The translations under genes were made by a program, and so were the position numbers. This document shows positions 1 through 10,291 of a stretch of DNA of 64,000 nucleotides, in pieces (the stretch's first letter is position 1; each line of letters begins with the position of its first letter). Source of the DNA: Shigella phage SHBML-50-1. A model generated the notes under the pieces. That model searched no databases. It saw only the letters and a list, made by a program, of their open reading frames with translations, and was not told the DNA's origin. The stretch lies in the sequence record KX130864; one strand, given 5' to 3'.

Positions 1-129
1 CTAAAGCAAAACGTAGACAAATTGCTCGCAAAGCTACCAAAACGAAGATTGCCAACCCAGCAGGTCAATCTCGTGCTCAGCGTAAGCGTAAAAAAGCTCT
101 TAAACGCCGTAAAGCATTAGGATTAAGCT
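1..129 (+). CDS. 3' end of upstream head gene (partial); basic C-terminus ...KRRKALGLS, stop overlaps gene 21 ATG (TAATG)
   Basis: Open frame from window edge to TAA at 127-129; position upstream of prohead protease matches gene 68 in T4 order. Confidence 0.45.
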
Positions 130-130
130 A

Positions 131-769
131 ATGAATGAACCCCAATTACTAATTGAAACTTGGGGTCAACCTGGCGAAATTATTGATGGCGTACCAATGC
201 TTGAATCTCATGATGGAAAAGACTTAGGTTTAAAACCAGGTTTATACATCGAAGGAATATTCATGCAAGCGGAAGTCGTCAATAGAAATAAACGTCTTTA
301 TCCAAAACGCATATTAGAAAAAGCGGTAAAAGACTATATTAATGAGCAAGTTTTAACTAAACAAGCTCTCGGAGAATTAAATCATCCTCCACGCGCTAAT
401 GTTGACCCGATGCAAGCCGCTATCATTATAGAAGATATGTGGTGGAAAGGAAATGACGTATACGGACGAGCTCGTGTTATTGAAGGTGACCATGGTCCTG
501 GAGATAAATTAGCAGCTAATATTCGTGCCGGATGGATTCCAGGAGTTTCTTCTCGTGGATTAGGTTCATTGACTGACACAAATAAAGGTTATCGTATCGT
601 AAACGAAGGATTCAAATTAACTGTAGGTGTTGATGCAGTATGGGGTCCAAGTGCTCCAGATGCATGGGTAACTCCTAAGGAAATTACCGAATCACAGACG
701 GCGGAAGCCGATACAAGTGCCGATGACGCCTATATGGCTCTCGCAGAGGCCATGAAAAAAGCGTTATAA
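131..769 (+). CDS. 21: prohead core protease gp21
   Basis: 212 aa ORF, ATG at 131; recognised sequence and position before scaffold and major capsid genes. Confidence 0.9.
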   Translation: MNEPQLLIETWGQPGEIIDGVPMLESHDGKDLGLKPGLYIEGIFMQAEVVNRNKRLYPKRILEKAVKDYINEQVLTKQALGELNHPPRANVDPMQAAIIIEDMWWKGNDVYGRARVIEGDHGPGDKLAANIRAGWIPGVSSRGLGSLTDTNKGYRIVNEGFKLTVGVDAVWGPSAPDAWVTPKEITESQTAEADTSADDAYMALAEAMKKAL

Positions 770-772
770 ATA
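765..772 (+). promoter_or_regulatory. late promoter (TATAAATA) for gene 22
   Basis: Exact TATAAATA about 28 nt upstream of ATG. Confidence 0.7.
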
Positions 773-799
773 TTATTATCTAAACAACAGGACTACAAA

Positions 800-1609
800 A
801 TGCTTAAAGAACAACTGATTGCTGAAGCGCAAAAAATTGATGCTTCCGTTGCTCTTGATAGTATTTTCGAATCAGTTAATATTTCTCCGGAAGCAAAAGA
901 AACTTTCGGCACTGTATTCGAAGCTACCGTCAAGCAGCACGCCGTTAAATTAGCTGAATCTCATATCGCTAAAATTGCTGAAAAAGCAGAAGAAGAAGTA
1001 GAAAAAAATAAAGAAGAAGCCGAAGAAAAAGCTGAGAAGAAAATCGCTGAGCAAGCTTCTAAATTCATCGACCATCTTGCGAAAGAATGGCTCGCTGAAA
1101 ATAAATTAGCAGTTGATAAAGGTATCAAAGCCGAACTGTTTGAATCCATGCTTGGTGGATTAAAAGAGCTCTTTGTTGAACACAACGTTGTTGTTCCAGA
1201 AGAATCAGTTGATGTTGTAGCTGAAATGGAAGAAGAGCTGCAAGAACATAAAGAAGAATCAGCTCGTCTGTTCGAAGAACTCAATAAGCGTGACGCATAT
1301 ATCAATTATGTGCAGCGTGAAGTGGCATTGAGCGAAAGTACTAAAGATCTGACTGAGTCTCAAAAAGAAAAAGTCTCTGCTCTGGTCGAAGGTATGGATT
1401 ATTCAGATGAATTCTCAAGTAAATTGAGTGCCATCGTAGAAATGGTGAAGAAGTCTAATAAAGATGAAAGCACTATTACTGAGGGTATAAATACTCCTGA
1501 TACTGAAGCAGCCGGACTGAATTTCGTCACTGAAGCTGTAGAAGATAAAGCTGCACCTGGTGCAGAAGATATTGTAAGTGTATATGCGAAAGTCGCATCT
1601 CGTTTCTAA
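800..1609 (+). CDS. 22: prohead core scaffold protein gp22
   Basis: 269 aa, highly acidic coiled-coil-like (E/K-rich) protein between protease and capsid genes; TATAAATA upstream. Confidence 0.9.
   Translation: MLKEQLIAEAQKIDASVALDSIFESVNISPEAKETFGTVFEATVKQHAVKLAESHIAKIAEKAEEEVEKNKEEAEEKAEKKIAEQASKFIDHLAKEWLAENKLAVDKGIKAELFESMLGGLKELFVEHNVVVPEESVDVVAEMEEELQEHKEESARLFEELNKRDAYINYVQREVALSESTKDLTESQKEKVSALVEGMDYSDEFSSKLSAIVEMVKKSNKDESTITEGINTPDTEAAGLNFVTEAVEDKAAPGAEDIVSVYAKVASRF
1486..1493 (+). promoter_or_regulatory. late promoter (TATAAATA) inside gene 22, serving gene 23
   Basis: Exact TATAAATA about 135 nt upstream of gene 23 ATG. Confidence 0.6.
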
Positions 1610-1627
1610 TTTTAAAGGTTAACACAA

Positions 1628-3193
1628 ATGACTATCAAAACTAAAGCTGAACTTTTGAACAAATGGAAGCCATTACTGGAAGGTGAAGGTTTACCGGAAA
1701 TTGCTAATAGCAAACAAGCGATTATCGCTAAAATCTTTGAAAACCAGGAAAAAGATTTCCAGACAGCTCCAGAGTACAAAGACGAAAAAATCGCTCAGGC
1801 GTTCGGTTCTTTCTTAACAGAAGCTGAAATCGGTGGTGACCACGGTTACAACGCTACTAACATCGCTGCTGGTCAGACTTCTGGCGCAGTAACTCAGATT
1901 GGCCCAGCTGTTATGGGTATGGTACGTCGTGCTATTCCTAACCTGATTGCTTTCGATATTTGCGGTGTTCAGCCGATGAACAGCCCGACTGGCCAGGTAT
2001 TCGCACTGCGCGCAGTATATGGTAAAGACCCAATCGCTTCCGGTGCTAAAGAAGCATTCCACCCAATGTATGGTCCAGATGCAATGTTCTCTGGTCAGGG
2101 TGCTGCTAAGAAATTCGCTGCTTTGAAAGCAAGTGATACTCTTGAAGTTGGAACTATTTACACCCACTTCTTCCAGGAAACTGGTACTGTATATCTGCAA
2201 GCTACAGAAGCTAAACAAATTGATTCTACTGCATCTGACGCAGCTAAATTAGATGCTGAAATTAAGAAACAAATGGAAGCTGGTGTACTGGTAGAAATCG
2301 CTGAAGGTATGGCTACTTCTATCGCTGAACTTCAGGAAGGTTTCAACGGTTCTACCGATAACCCATGGAATGAAATGGGCTTCCGTATCGATAAACAAGT
2401 TATCGAAGCTAAATCTCGTCAGCTGAAAGCTGCTTACTCTATCGAATTAGCACAAGACCTCCGCGCTGTTCACGGTATGGATGCTGATGCTGAACTGTCT
2501 GGTATTCTGGCTACCGAAATCATGCTGGAAATCAACCGTGAAGTTGTTGATTGGATTAACTACTCAGCTCAGGTTGGTAAATCTGGTATGACCCTGACTC
2601 CGGGTTCTAAAGCTGGTGTGTTTGACTTCCAGGATCCAATTGATATTCGTGGTGCTCGCTGGGCGGGTGAATCCTTTAAAGCTCTGTTGTTCCAGATTGA
2701 CAAAGAAGCAGTTGAAATTGCTCGTCAGACCGGTCGTGGTGAAGGTAACTTCATTATCGCTTCCCGTAACGTAGTTAACGTTCTGGCTTCAGTTGATACT
2801 GGCATTTCTTATGCTGCACAGGGTCTGGCTACCGGCTTTAACACTGATACTACCAAGTCAGTATTTGCTGGTGTTCTGGGTGGTAAATACCGTGTATATA
2901 TCGACCAGTATGCTAAACAGGATTATTTCACTGTAGGTTATAAAGGTCCGAACGAAATGGATGCTGGTATTTACTACGCTCCATATGTAGCTCTGACTCC
3001 GCTGCGTGGTTCCGATCCGAAGAACTTCCAACCAGTAATGGGATTCAAAACTCGTTACGGTATCGGTATCAACCCATTTGCAGAATCCGCTGCTCAGGCT
3101 CCGGCTTCTCGCATCCAGAGCGGTATGCCTTCTATTCTGAATAGCCTTGGTAAAAACGCTTACTTCCGCCGTGTATATGTTAAAGGTATCTAA
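1628..3193 (+). CDS. 23: major capsid protein gp23
   Basis: 521 aa, N-terminus MTIKTKAELLNKWKPLLEGEG matches remembered T4 gp23; strong terminator hairpin downstream. Confidence 0.97.
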   Translation: MTIKTKAELLNKWKPLLEGEGLPEIANSKQAIIAKIFENQEKDFQTAPEYKDEKIAQAFGSFLTEAEIGGDHGYNATNIAAGQTSGAVTQIGPAVMGMVRRAIPNLIAFDICGVQPMNSPTGQVFALRAVYGKDPIASGAKEAFHPMYGPDAMFSGQGAAKKFAALKASDTLEVGTIYTHFFQETGTVYLQATEAKQIDSTASDAAKLDAEIKKQMEAGVLVEIAEGMATSIAELQEGFNGSTDNPWNEMGFRIDKQVIEAKSRQLKAAYSIELAQDLRAVHGMDADAELSGILATEIMLEINREVVDWINYSAQVGKSGMTLTPGSKAGVFDFQDPIDIRGARWAGESFKALLFQIDKEAVEIARQTGRGEGNFIIASRNVVNVLASVDTGISYAAQGLATGFNTDTTKSVFAGVLGGKYRVYIDQYAKQDYFTVGYKGPNEMDAGIYYAPYVALTPLRGSDPKNFQPVMGFKTRYGIGINPFAESAAQAPASRIQSGMPSILNSLGKNAYFRRVYVKGI

Positions 3194-3206
3194 TCTTTGA
3201 CGATTT

Positions 3207-3238
3207 AAGGGACCTTCGGGTCCCTTTAGTTGTTTTTA
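3207..3238 (+). terminator. rho-independent terminator after gene 23
   Basis: aagggacc-ttcg-ggtccctt hairpin followed by a T-run. Confidence 0.8.
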
Positions 3239-3241
3239 TGG

Positions 3242-3249
3242 TATAAATA
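3242..3249 (+). promoter_or_regulatory. late promoter for gene 24
   Basis: Exact TATAAATA between terminator and gene 24. Confidence 0.7.
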
Positions 3250-3276
3250 AATCATATAAACCAAAAGGAAAGCGCA

Positions 3277-4560
3277 ATGGCTAAAATCAACGAACTTCTG
3301 CGCGAATCAACCACAACGAATAGCAACTCAATCGGTCGCCCAAATCTCGTTGCTTTGACTCGCGCTACCACTAAATTAATATATTCTGACATTGTAGCAA
3401 CGCAAAGAACTAATCAACCTGTTGCTGCTTTTTATGGTATCAAATACCTTAACCCAGATAACGAATTTACATTTAAAACTGGTGCTACTTACGCTGGCGA
3501 AGCTGGATACGTAGACCGAGAACAAATCACAGAATTAACAGAAGAGTCTAAATTAACTCTCAATAAAGGCGATTTATTCAAATATAATAATATCGTTTAT
3601 AAAGTATTAGAAAATACACCATTTGCTGATATTGAAGAAAGTGATTTAGAATTAGCTCTTCAGATTGCAATTGTTCTTTTAAAGGTTCGTCTATTTTCTG
3701 ATGCTGCAGTAACAAGCAAATTTGAAAGCTCTGATAGTGAAATTGCGGATGCTAGATTCCAGATTAATAAATGGCAAACCGCAGTTAAATCTCGTAAACT
3801 TAAAACTGGCATTACAGTTGAATTAGCACAAGATTTAGAAGCAAATGGATTCGATGCTCCTAATTTCTTGGAAGATTTGCTTGCAACCGAAATGGCAGAT
3901 GAAATCAATAAAGATATTCTGCAGTCTTTGATTACAGTGTCAAAACGCTATAAAGTTACAGGAATTACTGATACTGGATTCATTGATTTGAGTTATGCAT
4001 CTGCACCTGAAGCTGGTCGTTCATTATACCGAATGGTGTGTGAAATGGTTTCGCATATCCAAAAAGAATCAACTTATACTGCAACGTTCTGTGTTGCTTC
4101 AGCTCGTGCCGCTGCGATTCTTGCTGCATCAGGTTGGTTAAAACATAAACCAGAAGATGACAAATATCTTTCACAAAATGCCTACGGGTTCTTAGCTAAT
4201 GGTTTACCGCTTTATTGCGATACCAACAGCCCATTAGATTATGTAATCGTTGGCGTAGTAGAAAATATCGGTGAAAAAGAAATTGTTGGATCAATTTTCT
4301 ATGCTCCGTATACAGAAGGTCTTGACTTAGATGACCCTGAACATGTAGGTGCATTTAAAGTTGTTGTTGATCCAGAAAGCTTACAACCGTCTATCGGTTT
4401 ATTAGTTAGATATGCTTTATCAGCAAATCCTTATACCGTAGCAAAAGATGAAAAAGAAGCAAGAATAATTGACGGTGGAGACATGGATAAAATGGCGGGT
4501 CGTTCAGATTTGTCTGTTTTATTAGGTGTTAAATTACCAAAAATTATTATTGATGAATAA
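3277..4560 (+). CDS. 24: capsid vertex protein gp24 (gp23 paralog)
   Basis: 427 aa; late promoter TATAAATA at 3242-3249; conserved position after gene 23. Confidence 0.92.
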   Translation: MAKINELLRESTTTNSNSIGRPNLVALTRATTKLIYSDIVATQRTNQPVAAFYGIKYLNPDNEFTFKTGATYAGEAGYVDREQITELTEESKLTLNKGDLFKYNNIVYKVLENTPFADIEESDLELALQIAIVLLKVRLFSDAAVTSKFESSDSEIADARFQINKWQTAVKSRKLKTGITVELAQDLEANGFDAPNFLEDLLATEMADEINKDILQSLITVSKRYKVTGITDTGFIDLSYASAPEAGRSLYRMVCEMVSHIQKESTYTATFCVASARAAAILAASGWLKHKPEDDKYLSQNAYGFLANGLPLYCDTNSPLDYVIVGVVENIGEKEIVGSIFYAPYTEGLDLDDPEHVGAFKVVVDPESLQPSIGLLVRYALSANPYTVAKDEKEARIIDGGDMDKMAGRSDLSVLLGVKLPKIIIDE

Positions 4561-4564
4561 AACA

Positions 4565-4590
4565 AAGGGACCGAAAGGTCCCTTTTTATT
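4565..4590. terminator. bidirectional terminator between gene 24 and rnlB
   Basis: aagggacc-gaaa-ggtccctt hairpin flanked by A-run and T-run. Confidence 0.75.
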
Positions 4591-5597
4591 TAGCTCACCA
4601 ACTCAATCCAAGCTGGACGAAGTACATCTTGTACCATTTTAACTAATTCCTTTTTAATCAAAGAAGGATTATCTGCTTGAGTTAGAGTAATACCTTCACG
4701 AGAAGTTTCTTCCAAAATATCTTGAACAGTTAGCCCCATCACCTTTCCAAAATCCTTTGGACCAATTTCGCCAATTTTAGAAATAACGTTATTTACGCGG
4801 TTTAGTGTAACGTAACAAGCTAAAATTCCAACCAATTTGTTATCAGCTTCTGATAGCTCAACTTTAGCTTTAATAGGCTTATCAGACTTTTTCTTTTCAC
4901 TAAATTTAGAGTTCTTGCATTTAATCGCTACACGAGCACCGTTTGGCAGCCATTTAGGGAAACAAGGCTTCAGAACATAACCTTCTGCAGTATTATCACC
5001 AATAACATTAGCATCAAATACACAATTATTTGCTTCGACAAGGTCTTCCGATGCCGTAACGTTATAAGCGGCTAAGACGGAATCAAGGTCGTTTGGAATC
5101 ATGATAAGAGCATCAAATGTTCCACGTCCAAGCATTGGTGCCATTTTAAAACCAAACGTATTACAGAAATCTTGCATTTCGTAATCACTCATGTAATAAG
5201 TATCACCGCTTTCCGTGTTTATGATGATATCGAATACATAGAAATCTTTTTCACCGTAGTCAACACCTTTCTGAATTCCACCACCAGCGAATTCACCAAA
5301 GACTTGATATGTCACCGGCACTGAAGTTGAAATACTGTCCATGACTTCTTGAACGCCTTTAATAGCTTTATCATACTTTTTGAGTACTATTTCATAGCCA
5401 TAAAAATCTTCTGCTGGAAGAATAGGGCCAGTACGTTTAGCGCAAGTTACTTTATCACGCTCAATAATCAATGAGAAATTTGTACCATGAATCTTTTCAC
5501 GAGCTACCCACTCCCCACCAGTCAATCCCAAGCTATAAAGTTTTTCAATAAATTTAGAGTTATAATGATTTTCAAGACTGCTATACTTTTTAAACAT
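4590..5597 (-). CDS. rnlB: RNA ligase 2 (Rnl2)
   Basis: 335 aa; nucleotidyltransferase KxHG motif (REKIHGTNF) near N-terminus; GAGGA SD before ATG; position after gene 24. Confidence 0.88.
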   Translation of the reverse strand: MFKKYSSLENHYNSKFIEKLYSLGLTGGEWVAREKIHGTNFSLIIERDKVTCAKRTGPILPAEDFYGYEIVLKKYDKAIKGVQEVMDSISTSVPVTYQVFGEFAGGGIQKGVDYGEKDFYVFDIIINTESGDTYYMSDYEMQDFCNTFGFKMAPMLGRGTFDALIMIPNDLDSVLAAYNVTASEDLVEANNCVFDANVIGDNTAEGYVLKPCFPKWLPNGARVAIKCKNSKFSEKKKSDKPIKAKVELSEADNKLVGILACYVTLNRVNNVISKIGEIGPKDFGKVMGLTVQDILEETSREGITLTQADNPSLIKKELVKMVQDVLRPAWIELVS

Positions 5598-5606
5598 AAT
5601 TAATCC

Positions 5607-5885
5607 TCAAAATGTAATTTCTAACCAATCACCATCACGCTGATCACTATTAACTTTAAAGCTGAATCCTTCTTTTCTCAGCCAATCACCAATTTCTTCA
5701 GTAATCAATTTATCGCGAGCAGTACAATAATAACTAAAATATGTTTTACCTTGTTCAGCTGCTTTATTAGCAAGTTCTGAAAAATCTTTAATAAAACACT
5801 CTAGCTTAAACTGTTTACTTTTTAATGCTTTTTCGCGTAATTGATTAGCAAAAGATTCATTTTCATAAAGATCATACTGTTCCAT
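5607..5885 (-). CDS. hypothetical protein (24.2 position)
   Basis: 92 aa ORF with AGGTGA SD. Confidence 0.6.
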   Translation of the reverse strand: MEQYDLYENESFANQLREKALKSKQFKLECFIKDFSELANKAAEQGKTYFSYYCTARDKLITEEIGDWLRKEGFSFKVNSDQRDGDWLEITF

Positions 5886-6087
5886 TTTTCACCTTTTTAT
5901 TGATATGTCTTTTTCTATAGACAACTTTTTCTCGAGTTTCAAATTTATTCTTAGCAGTCATAGCTCGAGCCCATAATACAGCAACTTCTTTTGCCTGTAA
6001 GTTTAATTCACGAGCAATTTCAATGAATGACTTTCCAGACTCATGAAGAGTAAACACCACAACCTCAGTTCTCATAATCAATCTCAT
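5872..6087 (-). CDS. small basic protein with possible helix-turn-helix (24.3 position)
   Basis: 71 aa ORF; GKSFIEIARELNLQAKEV segment resembles an HTH. Confidence 0.5.
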   Translation of the reverse strand: MRLIMRTEVVVFTLHESGKSFIEIARELNLQAKEVAVLWARAMTAKNKFETREKVVYRKRHINKKVKNGTV

Positions 6088-6154
6088 GTTATCGAGTTGT
6101 TGCCATTATATACATCATTTTCTGATTGTGTTTTGTGTGCTTTCAAAATGAAGA

Positions 6155-6170
6155 AAGGGGCCGAAGCCCC
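6155..6170 (-). terminator. terminator hairpin downstream of hoc
   Basis: aggggcc-gaa-gcccct; U-rich on minus strand. Confidence 0.55.
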
Positions 6171-6176
6171 TTATGA

Positions 6177-7307
6177 TTATGGATAGGTATAGATGATACC
6201 AGTTTCTAAAGCAGTTTTATGAATGATGTATCCATTACGTGATTCTTGGACATCAACTTCTGGATAGTCTTTCATCATCTTCTGAAGAGTGTAACGATGC
6301 AGGTAGTATTTACTATCTGGGTCTTCAGTTTTCCAATCTTTACCTTCTTCAGTCATTTTTTGAATTTCATCCATAACCCACCAACCGCACCAGATGTAAG
6401 CTGAGCTACGGTGTGGAAGAGGATGAACATAAGGTAATTCACCTTCTGGTTCTGGAGCAACTTTATCAGTTACCTGAACTTGACCTTCTGCCGTAATAGT
6501 TTTGCTATCATAATCAGCAGCAGTAACAGTTGCAGTAACTTCAATAGTTTGACTTCCAATAGATGAGGTATCAACGGTGTATACATTAGTTGACCCTTCT
6601 ACAGGAGAAGAATCTTTCTTCCATGAATACTCAATTTGCGCTTCTTCTGGAGCATCCGTAACATTAGCAGTAAATGTAGCCGAAGCATCTTGCTGAACGT
6701 TAATAGAAGGAGGAGTCAATGTAACCTGTGGATTCATTGTCTTCTTATTAACTGTTAATGATACTTCATTAGAAGTAACTGTTTTTGCGTCATAATCTGT
6801 TGCTGTTACTTGCGCTACGCATTTAATTCTTTTTACTCCACTTGTAGTTGGAGTATAGCTAAATGTAGCAGAAGTCGCTTCACCAATTTGAGAATCATCT
6901 ACATACCACTGATACGTAGCAGATGCCCCATCAGGTTGAGAAGCTAAGGCAGCAGTAAATTCAACGGCTGTTCCAATCACTCCAGCATCAGGGCTACCAG
7001 GAGTTACAGCTAAAGTAGTTGTTTGTGTCTTATTTTGAACTGTGATAGTTGTACTAATTTCAGCTGTTTCAGCTTCAGAATCAGGAACTGGATTTGTTGC
7101 AACTACCTTAATAGTCTTTTGTCCAGCAGGACCTTTTAGTACATAACTAAAAGTTGCAGACGTTTCTTCCTGCGGTGCATCATCAACAGTCCAAGCATAG
7201 GTAATAGGTCCATCTCCAGTTTGACCACTGGGCGTAGCAGTAAACTGCTTAGTCTCATCTATAACTCCAGTAGGTGTTTTAGGAGTTATATCAACTGTAA
7301 AAGCCAT
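6177..7307 (-). CDS. hoc: highly immunogenic outer capsid protein Hoc (tandem Ig-like domains)
   Basis: 376 aa; repeated Thr/Val-rich beta-domain segments and conserved C-terminal capsid-binding region; AAGGA SD. Confidence 0.88.
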   Translation of the reverse strand: MAFTVDITPKTPTGVIDETKQFTATPSGQTGDGPITYAWTVDDAPQEETSATFSYVLKGPAGQKTIKVVATNPVPDSEAETAEISTTITVQNKTQTTTLAVTPGSPDAGVIGTAVEFTAALASQPDGASATYQWYVDDSQIGEATSATFSYTPTTSGVKRIKCVAQVTATDYDAKTVTSNEVSLTVNKKTMNPQVTLTPPSINVQQDASATFTANVTDAPEEAQIEYSWKKDSSPVEGSTNVYTVDTSSIGSQTIEVTATVTAADYDSKTITAEGQVQVTDKVAPEPEGELPYVHPLPHRSSAYIWCGWWVMDEIQKMTEEGKDWKTEDPDSKYYLHRYTLQKMMKDYPEVDVQESRNGYIIHKTALETGIIYTYP

Positions 7308-7316
7308 AAGTTATCC

Positions 7317-7997
7317 TTATTTTAATGTTACGAAAGAAGAATTACGTGTTTCACGAATTAGAACTGATCCGTCGCGATTAATGTAATAAATTAAGCTAAA
7401 TAAAGTTTGGTGCGCCGACGCGTGTTCAAAACTAGTTGGGTGAGATTTCCAATCCGGAGTTTCAGCAATCCACTGGTAAATCCACCAAGGAACGGTGCAG
7501 AATCCTGGATTTTTTCCAATCAGCTGAAGATTCGGACTAAAGTTTTCCGGAAGAGTAAATACAGACGGCTTTTCAGATTCAATAATCTCAGCTACAGCCT
7601 GCTCGAATTTTTCTTCAACAAAAGGAGTATCTTCAATCAAAACATCGGTATTTTCAGGAATTTTATCCGTTTCTACTACTTCAATTTTAATGTCAGATTT
7701 AACCGGAGAATCAATCAGAAGTGCTGCCTCTGGATTGACTTCTTCATCGTCATATTTTAATCCGTCTGCAGCATCAGCAGCATCAATTAAGTCTTTAATA
7801 GATAACCCATCAGTCTCTGGCATAGGTTCACTAGCGAGCTTCTGGAGGGCTTCTTCAATATCATTAACGATATTATCAAAAGATTTATTCTTTTTGACTT
7901 TTATACCAAACTGTTCAGCATATTCAGCTAATTTAGCTTTAGCTTCTTTATTATCATCAAGAGCCTTCAGCTCTGCAATATAATCTTTATCTATCAT
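7317..7997 (-). CDS. inh: prohead protease inhibitor Inh (assigned by position)
   Basis: 226 aa acidic protein between hoc and uvsW; GAGGAAA SD. Confidence 0.65.
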   Translation of the reverse strand: MIDKDYIAELKALDDNKEAKAKLAEYAEQFGIKVKKNKSFDNIVNDIEEALQKLASEPMPETDGLSIKDLIDAADAADGLKYDDEEVNPEAALLIDSPVKSDIKIEVVETDKIPENTDVLIEDTPFVEEKFEQAVAEIIESEKPSVFTLPENFSPNLQLIGKNPGFCTVPWWIYQWIAETPDWKSHPTSFEHASAHQTLFSLIYYINRDGSVLIRETRNSSFVTLK

Positions 7998-8010
7998 AAT
8001 ATTTCCTCAG

Positions 8011-8018
8011 TATAAATA
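8011..8018 (+). promoter_or_regulatory. late promoter for uvsW
   Basis: Exact TATAAATA about 30 nt upstream of ATG. Confidence 0.65.
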
Positions 8019-8047
8019 TAGATATATTTATTACATGGTATTTAGAC

Positions 8048-9559
8048 ATGACTGACATTAAAGTACATTTTTATGATTTTAGTCACGTGAGAATTGATTG
8101 TGAAGAAAGTACATTTCATGAACTCCGTGATTTCTTTAGCTTTGAAGCTGATGGATATCGTTTTAATCCGAAATACAAATATGGTCACTGGGATGGACGA
8201 ATCCGTCTTTTAGATTATAATCGCCTTCTTCCATTCGGCTTGGTCGGGCAAATTAAAAAGTTCTGCGATAACTTTGGCTATAAATCCTGGATTGACCCAC
8301 AGATTAACGAAAAAGAAGAATTATCAAGAAAAGATTTTGATGAATGGCTTTCTAAATTAGAAATCTATTCAGGAAATAAAAGAATTGAACCACACTGGTA
8401 TCAAAAAGATGCAGTGTTCGAAGGATTAGTTAATCGTCGTAGAATTCTTAATCTTCCAACATCCGCAGGTAAATCTTTAATTCAAGCTTTGCTTGCTCGG
8501 TATTATTTGGAAAATTATGAAGGTAAAATTCTTATCATTGTTCCAACAACTGCTCTGACAACTCAGATGGCTGATGACTTTGTTGACTATCGTTTATTCA
8601 GTCATGCAATGATAAAGAAAATCGGCGGTGGAGCATCAAAAGATGATAAATATAAAAATGATGCACCAGTCGTTGTTGGTACATGGCAAACTGTAGTAAA
8701 ACAACCGAAAGAATGGTTCTCACAGTTTGGAATGATGATGAATGATGAATGCCATCTTGCTACAGGAAAAAGTATTTCATCTATCATATCAGGTTTAAAT
8801 AACTGTATGTTTAAATTTGGTCTATCAGGTTCATTACGTGATGGCAAAGCCAATATCATGCAGTATGTTGGAATGTTTGGTGAAATATTTAAGCCAGTAA
8901 CGACTTCTAAGTTAATGGAAGATGGACAAGTAACTGAGCTAAAAATTAATAGTATTTTTCTTCGCTATCCCGATGAGTTCACTACTAAATTAAAGGGAAA
9001 AACTTATCAAGAAGAAATAAAAATTATTACTGGGCTTAGTAAAAGAAATAAATGGATCGCTAAATTAGCTATTAAGCTTGCGCAAAAAGATGAAAACGCT
9101 TTTGTCATGTTTAAACATGTATCACATGGTAAAGCTATTTTCGATTTAATTAAAAATGAATACGATAAAGTTTATTACGTATCAGGGGAAGTTGATACCG
9201 AAACCCGCAATATAATGAAAACCTTAGCTGAAAATGGTAAAGGAATAATTATAGTAGCTAGTTATGGTGTATTTTCTACTGGTATTTCAGTTAAAAATCT
9301 GCATCACGTTGTTTTAGCGCACGGTGTTAAATCAAAAATCATTGTATTACAAACAATCGGTCGTGTATTACGTAAGCATGGTTCTAAGACAATAGCAACA
9401 GTCTGGGACCTCATAGATGATTGTGGCGTTAAGCCAAAATCTGCTAATACGAAAAAGAAATATGTTCATTTGAACTATCTTTTAAAACACGGCATTGATC
9501 GTATTCAGCGCTACGCAGATGAAAAATTTAATTACGTAATGAAAACAGTTAATTTATAA
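8048..9559 (+). CDS. uvsW: UvsW DNA/RNA helicase
   Basis: 503 aa; Walker A (PTSAGKS) and DECH box visible; late promoter TATAAATA at 8011-8018. Confidence 0.9.
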   Translation: MTDIKVHFYDFSHVRIDCEESTFHELRDFFSFEADGYRFNPKYKYGHWDGRIRLLDYNRLLPFGLVGQIKKFCDNFGYKSWIDPQINEKEELSRKDFDEWLSKLEIYSGNKRIEPHWYQKDAVFEGLVNRRRILNLPTSAGKSLIQALLARYYLENYEGKILIIVPTTALTTQMADDFVDYRLFSHAMIKKIGGGASKDDKYKNDAPVVVGTWQTVVKQPKEWFSQFGMMMNDECHLATGKSISSIISGLNNCMFKFGLSGSLRDGKANIMQYVGMFGEIFKPVTTSKLMEDGQVTELKINSIFLRYPDEFTTKLKGKTYQEEIKIITGLSKRNKWIAKLAIKLAQKDENAFVMFKHVSHGKAIFDLIKNEYDKVYYVSGEVDTETRNIMKTLAENGKGIIIVASYGVFSTGISVKNLHHVVLAHGVKSKIIVLQTIGRVLRKHGSKTIATVWDLIDDCGVKPKSANTKKKYVHLNYLLKHGIDRIQRYADEKFNYVMKTVNL

Positions 9560-9584
9560 GGGCTTCGGCCCTTTGGAGAAAAAG

Positions 9585-9815
9585 ATGTTACTAGAATTTA
9601 AACAATTTCTTTATGAAGCTTCTATTGATGAATTTATGGGTAAAATTGCCTCTTGTCAAACATTAGAAGGTTTAGAAGAACTTGAAGCTTATTATAAGAA
9701 AAGAGTCAAAGAAACTGAATTAAAAGATACTGATGACATCTCTGTGAGAGATGCTTTGGCAGGAAAAAGAGCTGAATTAGAAGATTCAGACGATGAAGTA
9801 GAAGAAAGCTTTTAA
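9585..9815 (+). CDS. uvsW.1: UvsW.1 small acidic protein
   Basis: ATG at 9585 with GGAG SD; the track start at 9573 is a TTG extension; 76 aa. Confidence 0.7.
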   Translation: MLLEFKQFLYEASIDEFMGKIASCQTLEGLEELEAYYKKRVKETELKDTDDISVRDALAGKRAELEDSDDEVEESF

Positions 9816-9822
9816 ATTAAAA

Positions 9823-9848
9823 AAGGCCCAACCAAAAAGGAAGGGCCA
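9823..9848 (-). terminator. terminator downstream of uvsY.-2
   Basis: ggccc/gggcc stem preceded on plus by an A-run. Confidence 0.4.
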
Positions 9849-9870
9849 AAACTATAGACTAAAGGTCACA

Positions 9871-10038
9871 CTATAGCAAAAGTTGTGTTTCATTTAATTG
9901 TTCTTCCGAACTTTCTGAAACTGGTAGTTCTTTAATGTAATTATAGCAAGGCCCAGGATGTACAGGACCTTTGTCTGTTTCAACAACCAATGCAGAATCG
10001 ATTGGAGTTTTACAGACAACGCAAATCTTATCTGACAT
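9871..10038 (-). CDS. small Cys-containing protein (uvsY.-2 position), 55 aa, not in the ORF track
   Basis: ATG at 10038 preceded by GAGGAG SD; CxxC...C pattern; stop at 9871-9873. Confidence 0.5.
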   Translation of the reverse strand: MSDKICVVCKTPIDSALVVETDKGPVHPGPCYNYIKELPVSESSEEQLNETQLLL

Positions 10039-10066
10039 GATTGTCTCCTCTAAATTATATATCTAT

Positions 10067-10291
10067 TTATATAACTCTCATATGCATATCAATGCCCATA
10101 TCTTTAGAATAAAAATATTCATCAAGATATCCGGCAAATTTTCCTTTAACATAAAGTACATCTTCACCGCATGGATGGTCGGCCAGGATACGAATATCTT
10201 GACGCTTGAGATTATACTTTTTCATTAAGAATTGAATTTCCGTTTCGAATTCTTCTTCATAATTAAAAGCATCATCAATGCTATATCTCAT
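10067..10291 (-). CDS. hypothetical protein (uvsY.-1 position)
   Basis: 74 aa ORF; start overlaps uvsY stop (TAATG). Confidence 0.6.
   Translation of the reverse strand: MRYSIDDAFNYEEEFETEIQFLMKKYNLKRQDIRILADHPCGEDVLYVKGKFAGYLDEYFYSKDMGIDMHMRVI

Noticed and set aside
961-1305. 114-aa minus-strand ORF inside gene 22
   Set aside because: Antisense to the scaffold gene; Ser-rich low-complexity translation of the complementary E/K codons
1814-2218. 134-aa minus-strand ORF inside gene 23
   Set aside because: Lies entirely antisense within the major capsid gene; no SD or promoter; typical shadow ORF
9971-10228. 85-aa plus-strand ORF overlapping uvsY.-1 and uvsY.-2
   Set aside because: Antisense to two well-supported minus-strand genes that have SDs; low-complexity translation
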